A DNA stretch of 64,000 nt from Lytechinus pictus (taxonomy: Eukaryota), in NCBI RefSeq assembly GCF_037042905.1, contig NC_087262.1:25420001-25484000 (forward strand), read 5' to 3'. The notes below the pieces were generated by a model. The model was not told the origin of the DNA and did not search any database. It saw nothing but the letters and a program-made list of their open reading frames with translations. The number at the start of each line of letters is the position of its first letter. The first letter of the stretch is position 1. The position numbers and the translations under genes were made by a program. Positions 13,675-27,615 of the stretch are shown piece after piece.

Positions 13675-14180
13675 CTGACCGACTGTCTAACTTTGACCAT
13701 TGCTCTTGTATGAGAGCATCTTATAAGGACCATGAAACAAAAAAACTGATCTTCCTCATTAACTCCTCCAATATGTCCAACCTATATCAAATCTATATTT
13801 TTTGGATAAAAATTGAGGTTGTAATTGATGGCATTTGTCTCCATTTTGGGGCTATCCCACGAGTATTACGAACAAGAAAGGGGTATTGCATTCTGTCAAT
13901 GTGAAGCAGGTTAATTAGTTGTCTTCAGATATACGTTGTATTTTTAACCCCAGTTTAGTTTTAATGTCTAATGCCATCTTGTTAAATTCATAGAAGTAAA
14001 ACGGAAGGATTTGACTCCAAATGATTTCTGTATTTATTTACCTGTTAAAAGAGTACATGTCTCATATCATTTTGTATTCCAATCGTTATATAAACGATTC
14101 ATTATAAATGTGTTGATGACCTGCACAATATGCGAGCATGATTTTTTTTTTATTATTTGTCGATGACTCAGCGTAAAGAC

Positions 14181-15341
14181 CAGTGGCGTAACTACGGGGG
14201 GGGGGCATGGGGGGCACGTGCCCCCCCCCCCCCCCATCGGCTGACCACAAAAAAAACGGGAAAGGAGAAAAAGAGGGAGAAAGGAAGAGAAACGTAGCGG
14301 GAAAGAATAAATTATTTTTCATTATAATTATAATAACAATTATGTTATATTGCATAAAAAACATTTTTCATAACTTTATGAAACATGATTTGCTCAGGGC
14401 CTATGTCTTCATTGTTCCTGGTGCTCGCATTGTCTGTTTAACGAGATATATAATCTTACTAAAACCTCCCGTTTTCAAGTCAATATACACCAAATATATT
14501 TCCGCGCACTTCGAGTTATTATTGTTTTATGCAGTGAAATATGCTTCTTATTCATGACTACTTAAAGTGATTGCTCCATGTTAAGGTCTTAATATAAAAC
14601 ATTTTCTGTCCGTGCTTACGTTCGCATTAGTGGATTGGTGATATTTGCCTGCTCTTCATGAATTTCTAAAATCAGTCCCTAAAATGTCCCTTTTTCTAAG
14701 TTAAATCTGAATATAAAAAAATTCAGCTCGCGCTTCGTGCTCGCAATATTCGGTTAGTGAATTCCTACAAACAAGCCTTAGAATGCCCCTCTTCAGGTCT
14801 GAATTTCATAAATATTCAGCTCGCGCTTCGCGCTCGCAATATTTGATTAGTGAGATGCGTATGATAATCATGATTACGACAACAAAAAGTGCTTCGTGTG
14901 TTTAGATGTAATTACAAAAAAATTAGGAGGCGCTTGACACTCGCATTAGATGACTATGGTGAGATATGCATACTCTTAATGGATTCCTTTAAAAAATAGT
15001 CCTTAAAATATCCCTGTTTGGGGTCAAAATATACAAAAATTTCAGCTGGCGCTTCGCGCTCGCATTGTTTGTTTAGTGAGACAGGTACGTATTATGATTA
15101 AAAAAATTTGCTTATAATTATGTCCCTTTTGGGTCTGAATATCAAAAATTTTCAGCTCGCGCTTCGCGCTCGCATTATTTGGTCAGTGACATACATATCC
15201 GTTTAATGCACTGTACTTAAAATGTCTCTATTAGGTCAGTATACCTAGCAACTGAGCGCGCTTCGCGCGCTCACTAAATGACTCAATTTTTTTGCTGGTG
15301 TGCCCCCCCCCCCCAATGCCGTGACCCACGGTACGCCACTG
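14181..15341. mobile_element. Non-autonomous hAT-type element with ~100-115-bp internal tandem repeats
   Basis: TIRs CAGTGGCGTA / TACGCCACTG. Perfect 8-bp TSD GTAAAGAC at 14173-14180 and 15342-15349. Poly-G/C subterminal tracts and a repeated gctcgcgcttcgcgctcgca motif. Confidence 0.92.
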
Positions 15342-17553
15342 GTAAAGACTATAAAACTACCATGAATTATGTCATTCACATTTATTATCATCTGGGGACA
15401 ATGCTGGGGGTAATATCTGGAAGTACTTATCCTGGTGTTTATTCAATTAATGAAAACAGTTAAACAGGTATCGACGGTATATTCATTTAGTTAAAATGAA
15501 GACTGTCAGAGTCTCCTAACAGCATAGGCGACGATACTGCCCTCTAGCGTCTATGGCGCAACAACTGACAACAACAAATATCTCTTCGGGGAGATAGTCT
15601 ATAAACTAAAGCATAATTGTCGTAGGGGTTAGTTGTCAGGGGTATTCGTCTTGGGTACTAAGGGGTGGGGGATGTCCTTGTGGTATTTTTGTATTCTCCC
15701 TAAAGGTTAATCCTGAAAGGTTAGCTTGCCCATGTTGCAAGCAGTTATCTGGATGGTGTTTATCCAGGCGGTGGAAAGTGCCGGATACACATTCGATCAA
15801 AAATAGTTTTACTTACCTGCTATTATTGAAATGAACAGACTAGTTTTAAAATATATGCGCGTTCTAATGGTATAAACTTGTCTAGGTCACACCTGTTTAT
15901 TCTTATTTAACAATGTGGGGAAAAATTATCGAACAGCTAAATTATACAAACACCATCATGATTATGAAGCCGTCCTCATTAAATCCACTGTGTGGATAAT
16001 AACAATGAGCTACTGAAACTATTGTAACCAAAATCGGATTTACAAAAATCATCAAAACTCCGAGGTAGATCTATTCCCAGGTAAAAAAATAGGTGAGCTT
16101 GTGGATTAAGGGAAAGCTGTTAGAAGATCATTTTTTCCTCGATTTGACAAGTCAATATATTTTGTTGATCCTATAATCGTAACAGCGGTAGACCTTGTAA
16201 TGAGTTTGTGAAATAAACAAGTCTTCTCCAGAAATTATACAACAATGCCTTAAAATGTTAAAGTAGGGCAACACTTACGTGTGCGTGTTGTTTATCATTT
16301 GAAGAATAGTTTGTTTATATAATGTGAAAAGATAGGCAACTATTTACCCATTAAAATAATGAAAAACTTATGGGTTTATTGCTATCTTTATATAAGGGAT
16401 GTATTATACTATTCCGTTTGTCCATCACTGAACACGTTTCCTTCAGACATTATACACATTTTCAATGTTTCAATTTGACATGTTGGATAAGAACTACATT
16501 TATGGCTAATGATATAATATATTTCCTTTATTAAGTTCCATATTACATTTTTGGAATATCATTTCCAAACGCTGATAAACCAAGTTGGTATAACAATTGT
16601 GATAATAACATGTGTCGTCTGTAATTACACGTGTTCAAAGAAATCATTCAAACACTGTCTTATTTCCGATTGCCTGTTACAAGCTGCCGTAGGGGCATAT
16701 AACACAATGATGGAAAGGTTGTCAGAATTTGTAAAAATCAAGTTTCAAAGAAATGAAACATCAGCCAAATCCTATTCTGGTATTGTGTAAAGTATTAGTT
16801 TGAAATTGCTATAGTAACATACTTCATTATCTTCTAATGCATTGTATTTCCTTTTATTTTCTACAGAAATACTGATAGAAATGGACATTATTTACAAATC
16901 GAGAAGATTCTAAATGAAAAGTTTATTGGAACCTTGCGAAAGAAGTACGTTAATGTATCATCATGGCAAAGAACATGATAACAGAATATAGAGAAAGGGG
17001 TTCCTAATACATTTGGAGATGTATGCGTAAAAGGAGCCGCGCATTGTATTGAATTTCGAGTCGTAATTGGCTGGAGGAAACTCGAATTTTGTCGGAACTG
17101 TTCCTAACGTGATGGTGATGATGGGAAAGTTATTGAGTACATGACCGTTATACATGATTTCCTTTTTTTTTCATTTAGAAAAGACGCAGATTTGCAACAC
17201 ATTATCAATGTTGTGGAAATTTTGAATCATTTTAATACAAGTGTCTACTGAAAATTGTATCATTGATAAAGATGAATGATCACCAGTATCTCAGCTCTTT
17301 TTTTTTACATTTTCCCTCTCTATTTTCGGCTTTAATTAGACATGGCAGGGGGAGTGTGACCACTGGCACACAGATATATTATTTTCTGAATATCATTTGA
17401 AAATCTACCACAACATTAGATTTTTATTTTAACAGTAAAGAATTTTGGCTCGCTCGTTTCGCTCGCTCGGGAATTTAAAAAACTGCCACACACCTCATTC
17501 TATGCCCCCTCAAAACTGTTGGCTTATTACGCTACTGACATTGACTTACTGCA

Positions 17554-17712
17554 GGGCTTCGTAACACAAAGGTTTGCGATGAATTGCAAATATGAAAAAA
17601 ACCGCACTCATTGGCTCCCGGTCAGTATATTAAACAGAGTACGCATGCAACGATGATCTTGATTGGTCAGTGGTATTTAGCGATTGATTGCAAACCTTTG
17701 TGTTACGGAACC
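17554..17712. mobile_element. Short MITE (Harbinger-like)
   Basis: Inverted ends cgtaacacaaaggtttgc.at / attgcaaacctttgtgttacg. Confidence 0.7.
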
Positions 17713-20640
17713 GATGTGACATACCGACACTGGTACTAACGTGACTAGAATGTCCAGATAGTATGTAGATGTTCTCCGAAATGGATGAAATTTTGTATTT
17801 TATTTGCATTTGTTTTGTCAGAATTGTAGTATCTTAATTGAAATACGATAGCATATATGCACCGAAGCTATAGGCCTTCGCATTATAGCACTACCTTAGT
17901 TTTTATCTCATTAGTAAACCTTGCTATCCAGCTACAATGATAAAAGGTATATCCCACGCATTATTACTTTTTAGATATTATGATGAAATGGATAAGATCG
18001 CTAGGCTTTTATTCTTTAAATTAACAACATCAGTATCAGACTATGTCCAGAAGTGATTTTATCATAGTATAATACTATATATAACTATCTTGGTTACGTC
18101 TCTAAATGTCGGGGGTGGATGAACGCAATGGTTCCAATTGTTATCCATATTCTGAATACATACGCCACATTGAGCGTTGGACTCCGAGCTGATGTATAAA
18201 ATCAAGAAATTTCAAAGAGAAATGGAGATTGTAAGTGGCGCCTTCTAACACCCCTCTTTAGCTGATATGAAAACCGCCGGTGTTGAGTGGGTGTTTAATG
18301 ACAGGACTCAGAGTTATCAAGTTACCATTGCGTGACAACTCGAGAATTATAATAACCACAAAGCTCAAACCGTCAGAACAAATGTAGACACAACATCAGA
18401 CTGGCTTGGTTTATCAGTATTGTGGCCAAACTTGGCAAGACTACAGTAAGACTATTTAGCTAGGAAAGACTTAGGAAAGCCACAATTCTGACTGCAATTC
18501 GTAAATTTTATTAGCATTATGTAAATCTGACCAGTATTGTAAATCCTTTTGCTAAAATCTGACTAAAAAGAGATTACTGTAAAGGGACATAGTAGAGAAT
18601 AATTATGATAATACTATATGCAACATTTAAATAGCGTTTAATACAATATGTTTCAAAGCGCTACATTCTATTACCCCGGCTTTACAGCGGTATCTTAGAA
18701 TGATATTCATGTTGTTGATATTGGAGAATAATACAGTTAATTTCATATATTTATAATAGACCCAGAACAGTTATGTGACTTTGCAGCAGAATTCTTGAAC
18801 TAGATTTACATATAGAATTTAGATAATCTAAGATTTACCAAAAAATATTCATGATTTCAGTCTTAATCCAAATTTAGACTTGTCTTTATCCTTAGTCGAT
18901 CTGGATTTATCACAAATTCATTTAATACAGAGCGCAAAAGGAAATATGTTGAAGGGAAAATATACTTTTATGGAGAAAATAATATTCATGTCAATATTCC
19001 TTTTAATCAGCCGGTTAATCTGCCTGTCTGACATTCAACATACTTACTACATCATGTACAACAACCACTTCTTATGAATAATCGGACTTTCATGACTTTG
19101 ACTATCAATTTTCCCCTTGTGACTGACAAAAATAATGTTCGAATTGTGTTCAGACGGACTGATTTACTCCAAAAGAAGTTAAAAACCAAGCTCCTTGTTA
19201 ACACAATCGGGTAAAGAGGAAACATGGAGAGAAAAATCCTGATCTTTCTTGGGGGTTATTAACATGACTTTTAATACTCGTATTGTTTAGAAAGTCGTTT
19301 ACCTCTTAATGATAAAACCTGGTATCAATCGGTTAAAACAATACCCCCCGAGGGATGTTCTGGTCAATCGACTACCAACCACTGCTAGTTCGATCGGTGT
19401 ATCTTCAAATGCGTCACAAGAACAAGACGACCCTGGGGGTACCTTAATGAGTTGTTATATAGACAGAAAGCGATACTTCTCAATGCCCTTACCACTTTCT
19501 TCAAATTGCTATCCTTTGCTATGTTTCGTCTTTATCAGTGAAGGTCTTCAAAACCAAGCCAGCCTTTCATCAGTTTGCCAGATCTCTAAGCGCAGATTGG
19601 CTATGATGTTTTTCATATTGAAAGATGTCTGCTCCCTGCATCCGATACAAAAAAAAATCACCCACCTAATTTCATCTCTGCTCCTTCCATGTTCATCCGC
19701 GCCATTTTCTGTTCTTCTTCATTACCTTGTTGGGACGTCGGTTGTGAGTTTGGTCATTATTGTTTCAGCTATTGTTCCATGTCAAAAGTACAACTGCAAA
19801 ACTATATGCTGGACCTCCTTGCTTCTCTTACGCTCTTTTATTTATGTTCTTCATGTTCTTGTCTTTGGTGAGGTGTTAAATTCATAGTTCTTATCTTATT
19901 ACGAAGCTGCATGTCCAAAATTTCACAATCTCAGTTCACCACGCTAATTAAGATGATGAATGATACATAGTGATAGGGTTCTGAAGTTTATACCTCCTAT
20001 CTCCTTAGTCTATTTCTTTATACATGTTATATTCCATTTTGATTCGTGGTTTGTTGGGGTTGAGGATATCACGAATTTTGAATTTTTAACTTGAGTTGTG
20101 GGGATGATACTCCGTTCACATTACTTGATGGTTGATAGAATTGGTCTCATTGTGAGAATATGAGTATATATGACCTAATTGTACAACAGAGTTCAAGTAC
20201 AAGTTCAAACCAGGTAACATTTTTAGCAGTATGTATTTGATTTTTTTTGTATATGTTTCTTATTAGATATCTACATATTTTTATTTTTTTTTCAATTTTT
20301 ATAAAGCTTTGAACGAGTCAATTTCATACAAGATCCAACAGATTATAACATTAAAAGGATATGAATTAGATTTCATTGGTTTTTTATTACATCATTCTCT
20401 ACTTTTGCGAAACAAAAACGTGTAACTAACAAGTTTACAAAACTCTTTGCTCTGATTTGTCTCTTCATCACCTTACGATATCGGTTTTAGAATATTAGAG
20501 ATATTTTTCTTTCAGCACAAGCCAATAAAAACGAAAAGAATGATGTTGAAGGCGCTATCTTTGGTTCCTTGAAGCGCATGCGCGATGATGCATGTAAACT
20601 ACGTTCAACAACTGTCGGAGATTTTGTAATTGGTCGGTTC

Positions 20641-20823
20641 CATGACATTTCCTTCGGCGACAATTGCTTCGCTGTAAATTCCACACACCAATGAAACGAC
20701 CAACTTCAACTCTTAAATTTTGACGCTATACCTTAAACCTAACATATAACCCTAATGCAACCCTAATCCTATAACTTAGAGGAAATAAAGCACGGAGCGA
20801 TTGTCGCCAGAGTAAAGGTCGTG
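20641..20823. mobile_element. Fold-back MITE with internal CCCTAA-like repeats
   Basis: Imperfect ~30-bp TIRs catgacatttccttcggcgacaattgcttcg / cggagcgattgtcgccagagtaaaggtcgtg, with degenerate ccctaa repeats inside. Confidence 0.65.
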
Positions 20824-23800
20824 TCGCTATTTGGGTTGGGCGGAGGAGGGGGGGGGGGGGGACCCTTTGCCATATGCTGTTTTATTAATAGATGAAAATC
20901 AACGGGGAACGCCTCCCCCCATGAACGTCAATGGATCCGGCATTGATAAGGATTGTTGACAGTAATGTAGTAATTTCGTTCACTTCATTGTCCCATTTCA
21001 GAATGTATGGATATAACATCACAGGAAAACAGAATAGTTTGTTGATTAATACGCACTGTTAGTTATGTTGTTACATACAAAAATAGTTATTTATGTCATT
21101 ATAATGTCTTATGGGCGAGAAATTATTTCGTTTAATTTTGTTTCTCGTTTACACTTTACATGTTATTTGGTATAATTCTATATTGTAATCAGTTAAAATA
21201 ATTAGCGAGATCCTTTACCTATAAATGATTGTTATAAACGATATCGATAATTCAGAATGTTGGCGATAGAATAATGATGTTTACTGTGTCTATATTTTTT
21301 TGTATATGTAACGCCATGAATAGACAGACGAATTTACTTACCTGTCCAGTTTGATTCTCAGTAATTTTTGGAAAAGGAATTGAAGTAGCTATTGATTTAC
21401 CCCTGCGTTACTGATCGATGACCTCGTCTTTTTGAAACACACAAACAAACAAAAAGAAACCGTTAATGCACAATGTCACAGTCACACTTGTGAAATCTAC
21501 TCTAGACCGACCAAAGCTTGAACGTTATTTCCACTGTAATAACCTACGGTCGGTTTGCAGTCGATTTCGTTCGAGTGGCTGTGTCTAAAAGAGACATCAT
21601 TCCTCTGTCTCTCACGTTGAAGTAGTATGCAGTGATTGTATAACGAATGAAGTGCGTATTATTGCATTGGATTGTGTTGTATATTTTCCACAAAGGATAT
21701 AAAGAAAGAACTAGCCTATGCCATTGCCTGTTTGAATAAATGAGATATGTATGTACATATATATGAATTGCCATACGTCGACTCATTTGTTTGTGTGTTT
21801 TGTATGTTTTTTCATAATCTCTTATAACAATAATAATGAATAACCAATAATTCAAGAGCGTTGTGAAATCAGATTGAAATTTGAAAAGTCATGGGATCAA
21901 CGTGAGTGAAGGTTCAATAATGAAAATGAACAGTTATCCTTATATACTGTTTACTGATTGATTCTAAATTTGGCTGATTATTAGTTTTGGACCGCTCTCT
22001 CGGTGACTGTTATTAAGATATGTTAATGAAAACATTTCTATTTTTTACCTTATGAATTATTTTAATAAACTTATGTATGTTTTTTTATTCATACAGGAAG
22101 AAATACAAATTACGAATAAAAAATAAATCCGTTCATCTGGACTTACTGTTATTGAAACGAAAAACAGTTTCACGTCCGATCCGGGACGCTTCTTCAGCTC
22201 GTCTTAACTGGCGGGAATTATTTTAATGTTTCTCAAGAAATATATACGAAGATTGTATCCTATAACCTTTTTCTCCAATTCCACGCTTAACAATTGGTTT
22301 TGTATATTAAATACCCCCACCCCCACTAAAACCAACTTACTCAGAATTAAATTGTACTCATTCATACATAGCAAAAATCAGGTTATTTATTGCATGGCAG
22401 CCCGCAATATAAACGTTTTTGTTCGCGTCAGAAAAGTGATGCCAGTTTAGTCTTCGTATCCATGGTAACATTAGCGGGAATTTTTCGACACCCGTCCTAT
22501 CTGGTGTTAGCCTGAAACGCAGCTGATGTTGCTTTCAACACTTCTCTCATGTGGACAAAATGAAATAGATATTCCTAACATCCCCAAGACTGCTGTTCGA
22601 CATTGTAGTTCGTTAGACCACATTATTATTGCATTCGTATTGATTTCCCCCCAATACCCTCAAAAGAAATGTGAATCAATCACAAAGTCATTTAATATTT
22701 CATTTACAGTATCTTATCACAAGCCATGTCCTCGCTCCAAGGTAAAGTTCATCAGAGATTTCGGTCTGGAGATTTTTTTTTTAAAAGACAATCATAATTT
22801 TCATGACTTTTCCAGGCTTAACAAGACTATGCATAATTCATGCTATATATAGTATAAAGCTGGATTTTACTCCCCCATGTTCTCAATCTCTTTGAACTGC
22901 AGAAGATTTATTGAAGTAATGGGATTTTTAAAAAGTAAGAACTGACCCTTGGAAAAGAGAAATTATGAAATCGACTTTTATCATGTTTATGGAACATTTT
23001 CAGAAATGGACATCGGATAATGCTATTCCTTCCGTTGTTTGTCTCTACAAAGATTCCACCCATTCCTTCCATCACTGCATATGTCGTTAATGTTATAAAT
23101 ATTCAGATTTTATTAATTTCCCTTAACTACCTGATCAGATTTATTTCCCGTCACTTTTCTATATACCCCCCCCCCCTTCTGCCCTTGATATCAAGCTCCA
23201 TTCCATCTCCTATTAGTAGCACATTTTGGCATCTTCTTTGCAGATGCTTTATACAACGTTCAGAATCTATTGAAAATATCCGTCAAATCACAATGGACAG
23301 ATTAGAGGTCATTGACGAAACTTGGTGGACCGGGACAGCACATCAGACTCGAACCTGACAAAAAATTGTCAATATGTCGTTTGTCCTGTGTCTAGGAGGA
23401 CACTGCTGTTTTCATTCACCAATAATTTTCAACAAAGGCTGCTTTGTTGTTAAGGCTTTGGACAAAAGAATATGTGCCATAAAAATGCCCTATTAATTAA
23501 TTCACATAATCATTTAACATCTTTTTCAAGCTTTGCCCCCCCCCCCCATTCAAGAGCGGCTCCACATGGGATGAGGCACCGCCCTTATCATTACACAAGT
23601 CTTAAAATAAGGAGGAGGAAATCAGAAGAAAAAATAGAAAACAGAAGAATAAAGGGCATCTAACATGTCTAACAGATGTGTATTATTCGTGTAATTTTAT
23701 AAAACCCTTAGAAAAAAAATATATTGCCCCTCTAAAAAAAACAGGGGTAGGCCCTGCCCCTAGTTCAGTATCTCCATCATGCCTATGCTATACGTCACAC

Positions 23801-24356
23801 TAATAGAAATATAAAACAAAAACAAATATTCTTACGTTGATAAATGCTATAGGAAACTTGAAGGTTAGACAGATATCAAAGGTAATCATTGATAAGAGAA
23901 TGGTTTAAAAGACTGCTGGAAGTTCTGATTCTTGTAATTTCTTTCCTATCATCGTTTTCAATACACTCCTTACTCTCAAATTCTCTTACAACCTTGCCCC
24001 TTCCTCTCCTATTCGTCACAAAACTAACATCTCTGTACTTTATCCTACATAATTTCTTAACCATCTCCTTTTCTAGCATTGATTCACCCCCGCACTCTTC
24101 TCACTCTCAAACGAGACATGATGCCTTCTCAATAAAGTCTCTTTTCTCACGTAATTGCCCATCGAATGTTATCCAGCTCCATTTCAGTGCTTTTCTCTTC
24201 ATTTCAAGCACGCATCTCCGCATCCCGTTTCATAGCGCAGTATAAAACATGGCAAAGTGCGAAGGAAGAATCCGACACCCCTCTTGTAGAGAAAGATTTA
24301 TGAAATTTCATATTTCTGCAGAGTTCGGAAAATCCTTCTGGTAATACGATCGATTC

Positions 24357-24760
24357 CAAGGTGCCCTTGAACCAGCATAACAAGGCACTAGCTTACCTGA
24401 TGATGGGGCGGGGGGGGGGGGGAGGGAAGGCCAAAATATATCAATATATTAATAATTGCCTCATCATATCTTATTTTGGGGGTATCAGTGGTGTTGTTCC
24501 TGTAAACATTCATTTATTTATTTTTATTTTTATTTTTTATAAAAACATAAATTCAAAAGGACAAAAAATACAGATACAAGATCGTTTCATTTCATACATA
24601 CAAACTTTAATCAACAGATAAATTTTGATATTCTTACCCATGTCGAATGCTAAGTTTTATTATTGAAAATGTTTCGTGCTTCGCTCGCTCACATACACGT
24701 GTTTACGTTAAGATTATGTCCTTTTGTTTTCCGTTCTCCCCCCCCCCCTTTTTTTTTTTA
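24357..24760 (+). repeat. ~404-bp direct repeat, copy 1 (left flank of the L2)
   Basis: Near-identical to 27616-28020. Visible differences are limited to homopolymer runs and a 1-bp indel (tcaaaaggac vs tcaaaagac). Confidence 0.95.
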
Positions 24761-27615
24761 ATTATTATTATTATTATTACTTATTATTTGTACTGCGCTT
24801 TTCCCATTAGGCCCAAAGCGCTTACAATGAATTAATTAAATGTAATATTTTAAAAACTACAAAGTACGAAAAAGATGAGTTTTTAATGACTTTTTGAAAA
24901 TTGCTAATGTTGGAGACTGTCTAATTATTAGTGGCAGGTCGTTCCAGGATTTTGAAGCCGACACTGTAAAAGTTCTGTCACCAGCTAATGTACGAGTTAA
25001 TGAATATGTGAGGCGAAGGTAATCACTGGCCGACCTAAGTGCTCTAGTTGGTGTATACAGATTCAAGCAGTTACTTAAATACTGTGGAGCCTGTTTATTC
25101 AGTGTTTTGTAGACAATCAAGAGTAATTTGAACGTAATTCTCTGTTTAAAAGGAAGCCAGTGAAGAGAATTAAAGAGTGGTTGGGAAGGATGATCTCGGG
25201 AAACCTGTAAAATTAATCGTGCTGCCCAATTTTGTAGTCGTTGAATACGAATTAATTGATTAGAGGGAATTGTAGAAAGGAGCCCATTGCAATAATCAAT
25301 ACGAGACAGAACCAATGAACGAACAGCATTGTGACAGGCAGACTGGTCAATGAACCTTCTGATTCTAGAAATGTTCCTTAAATAAAAAGTGACTGTGCTA
25401 CAGATATGAGAGATATGGTACGACATTGACATGCGGGAATCAAATATGACACCAAGGTTTCTTATTTTTTCTGATGGTCTAAAGAGTGTACCATCAACAT
25501 CAAGTTGAACATTTGGAAGATTGCGCAAGTTATAAGTAGAGGCCGCAACAAAAAATTCAGTTTTTTTGTCATTTAATTTTAGCTTATTCACTATCATCCA
25601 CTGTCTTATATCTGATATACAATTCTGGAGTTTAACCAGTGCATTATTGAGAGCTCCAGGAGTCTTCGGATCAAAAGAAACGTATAGTTGTATGTCGTCA
25701 GCATAAAAATGATAATTGATACAGTGATTTCGGATGATGTCGCCAACTGGAAGAGTATATATTGAGTAGCCTATGGGTCCGACTATTGACCCCTGAGGGA
25801 GTCCAAATTCTAGAGTTATGGGATTTGACAATGTGCCGTCAATATCAACTTGCGAAGTCCATCCAGACAGGTATGATTGGAACCAGGATAAGACTTTGGA
25901 CCTAACGCCTATTCTATTGAATAACCGAGATATGAAAATGTTATGATCTATTGTATCAAACGCGGCAGATAAATCTAACAGCACCATACAAACTACATTA
26001 TTTGAGTCGAGAGAAAACATGATATCATTTTTTACTTTGATCAGAGCTGACTCGGTGCTGTGACCTGGCCTATAGGCAGATTGGAGAGGATCAAAAATAT
26101 TATTAGATTCAATATGATCAGCTAGTTGAGTACATGCCGCCTTCTCGATGAGTTTACCTAGAAATGTTAAGTTTGAGACCGGTCTATAATTACTGATGTC
26201 ATTTACGTCCAACCCTGATTTCTTCAAAAAAGGTTTGATGATTGCTGAATGTGCTTGATCAGGGAAAATACCTGTAGAAAGAGATTGATTGATTACATTT
26301 GTGAGCAATGGTAATAAATGAACAATGTTTTCTTTCAAAAACCATGTAGGAATCGGGTCAAGTCGGGAGGATTTAGTAGCCGAAGACATAATGATTCTGG
26401 ATACATTTGACTGAGAAAGCACCTGAAATTCTGCGAAAAGTGGAATATTTTGATTTTCAGTATCACTAAACTGAATGTTAACAGGTACAGTACATGCATC
26501 AAGTTCAGCTCTTATTCTCCTTATCTTGTTGACAAAAAACAAAGAGAATTGATGAGCTAATCTGGTTGCAGATTCGTATAAGGGAAGTTGATTCGACTTC
26601 TTGTTCAAAAGTGAATGAATGATCTGATATACCTCCTTGACAGAACACGAACCTAACTTTTCTTTCAAGAAATCTTCTTTAGCGGTATCAATGATTTGAC
26701 ATACATTCCTATTAGCTTCTATGAACAATGTGCGATCTGAATCTAGTCGTGTTTTACGCCATTTACGTTCTGCTTTACGTCGGTGCTGGCGAGCAACAAG
26801 TACAGACTGATTAAACCAGGGTCTACGTCGCTTCAGAGGGCGGGACTTGGTTGAAGATGGTGCACAGGTATCGAGTACCTTAGTGACGCCAGAAACATAC
26901 CAGTCAAAAAGAGACACATTATCTAAATCTTCTGGTTGAGATGAAACTAAGTCAAGTAAAGCATTACTGAATTGAGCTTTATCAATCTTGCGATAATTAC
27001 GTAAGGAAGAAGTAACAGAGACTGGCTCTGATTTCTGATGAGCCAATAAAAAACGAATCATATAATGATCAGAAATACAAGTGTCGAATGTGTGACACTG
27101 TAAGATAACTGAGTCATCTCTGGTAAAAACTAGATCTAAAGTATGACCAAGATTGTGTGTTGGACCTTGGACATGCTGAATGAGCCCAGCCGAAGAAATG
27201 GTGTTCCTCATGTGAAGCACATCATTTTTATTCATATCTTCCCAATGGACGTTGAAATCACCTAATAACACCAATTTTCCTGGACATAGTGATATCTCAC
27301 ATATGTATTCATCAAATTCCTTCAAGAAGTCAGAACTTGTGAATCTATTTGCTGAAGAAGGGGGTGGTCTATACACAATGAAAAAATGGATAGAGCTTGA
27401 CAAATCGGTAATATGAGCGCATTCAAATGTGGCAAACTTGAAATCTATGTTCTTAATCTTTAATTTGAGCATACTTTTATACAGTACTCCAATCCCTCCT
27501 CCACGTTTACTTGCGTCTCTTGGAGAGTTAATGAATGTATATCCTATAGGAGTGCACTCCCCTATTGATACATTATCCTGATTACTTAACCAGGTTTCTG
27601 TAATGCACAAAACAT
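24761..27615 (-). mobile_element. 5'-truncated L2-clade LINE retrotransposon
   Basis: APE+RT reading frame, ~95-bp 3' UTR with a GCGCTTT...AAAGCGC stem-loop (24795-24821), and a (TAA)n tail at 24761-24779. No ORF1. Confidence 0.93.

Noticed and set aside
14400-15280. CRISPR-like regularly spaced palindromic repeats
   Set aside because: The spacers are mutually similar tandem units inside a hAT MITE with TIRs and TSD, in a eukaryotic context with no cas genes.
19309-19887. 192-aa ORF, and a possible decayed CR1 ORF1 on the opposite strand (NLTPHQRQEH)
   Set aside because: No domain or clear splice signals. The minus-strand similarity is too fragmentary to support without a profile search.
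20990-22130. End of a very long GPCR 3' UTR (U-rich, AATAAA at ~22064 and ~22115)
   Set aside because: Plausible, but AATAAA is frequent in this AT-rich DNA; it cannot be supported without transcript data.
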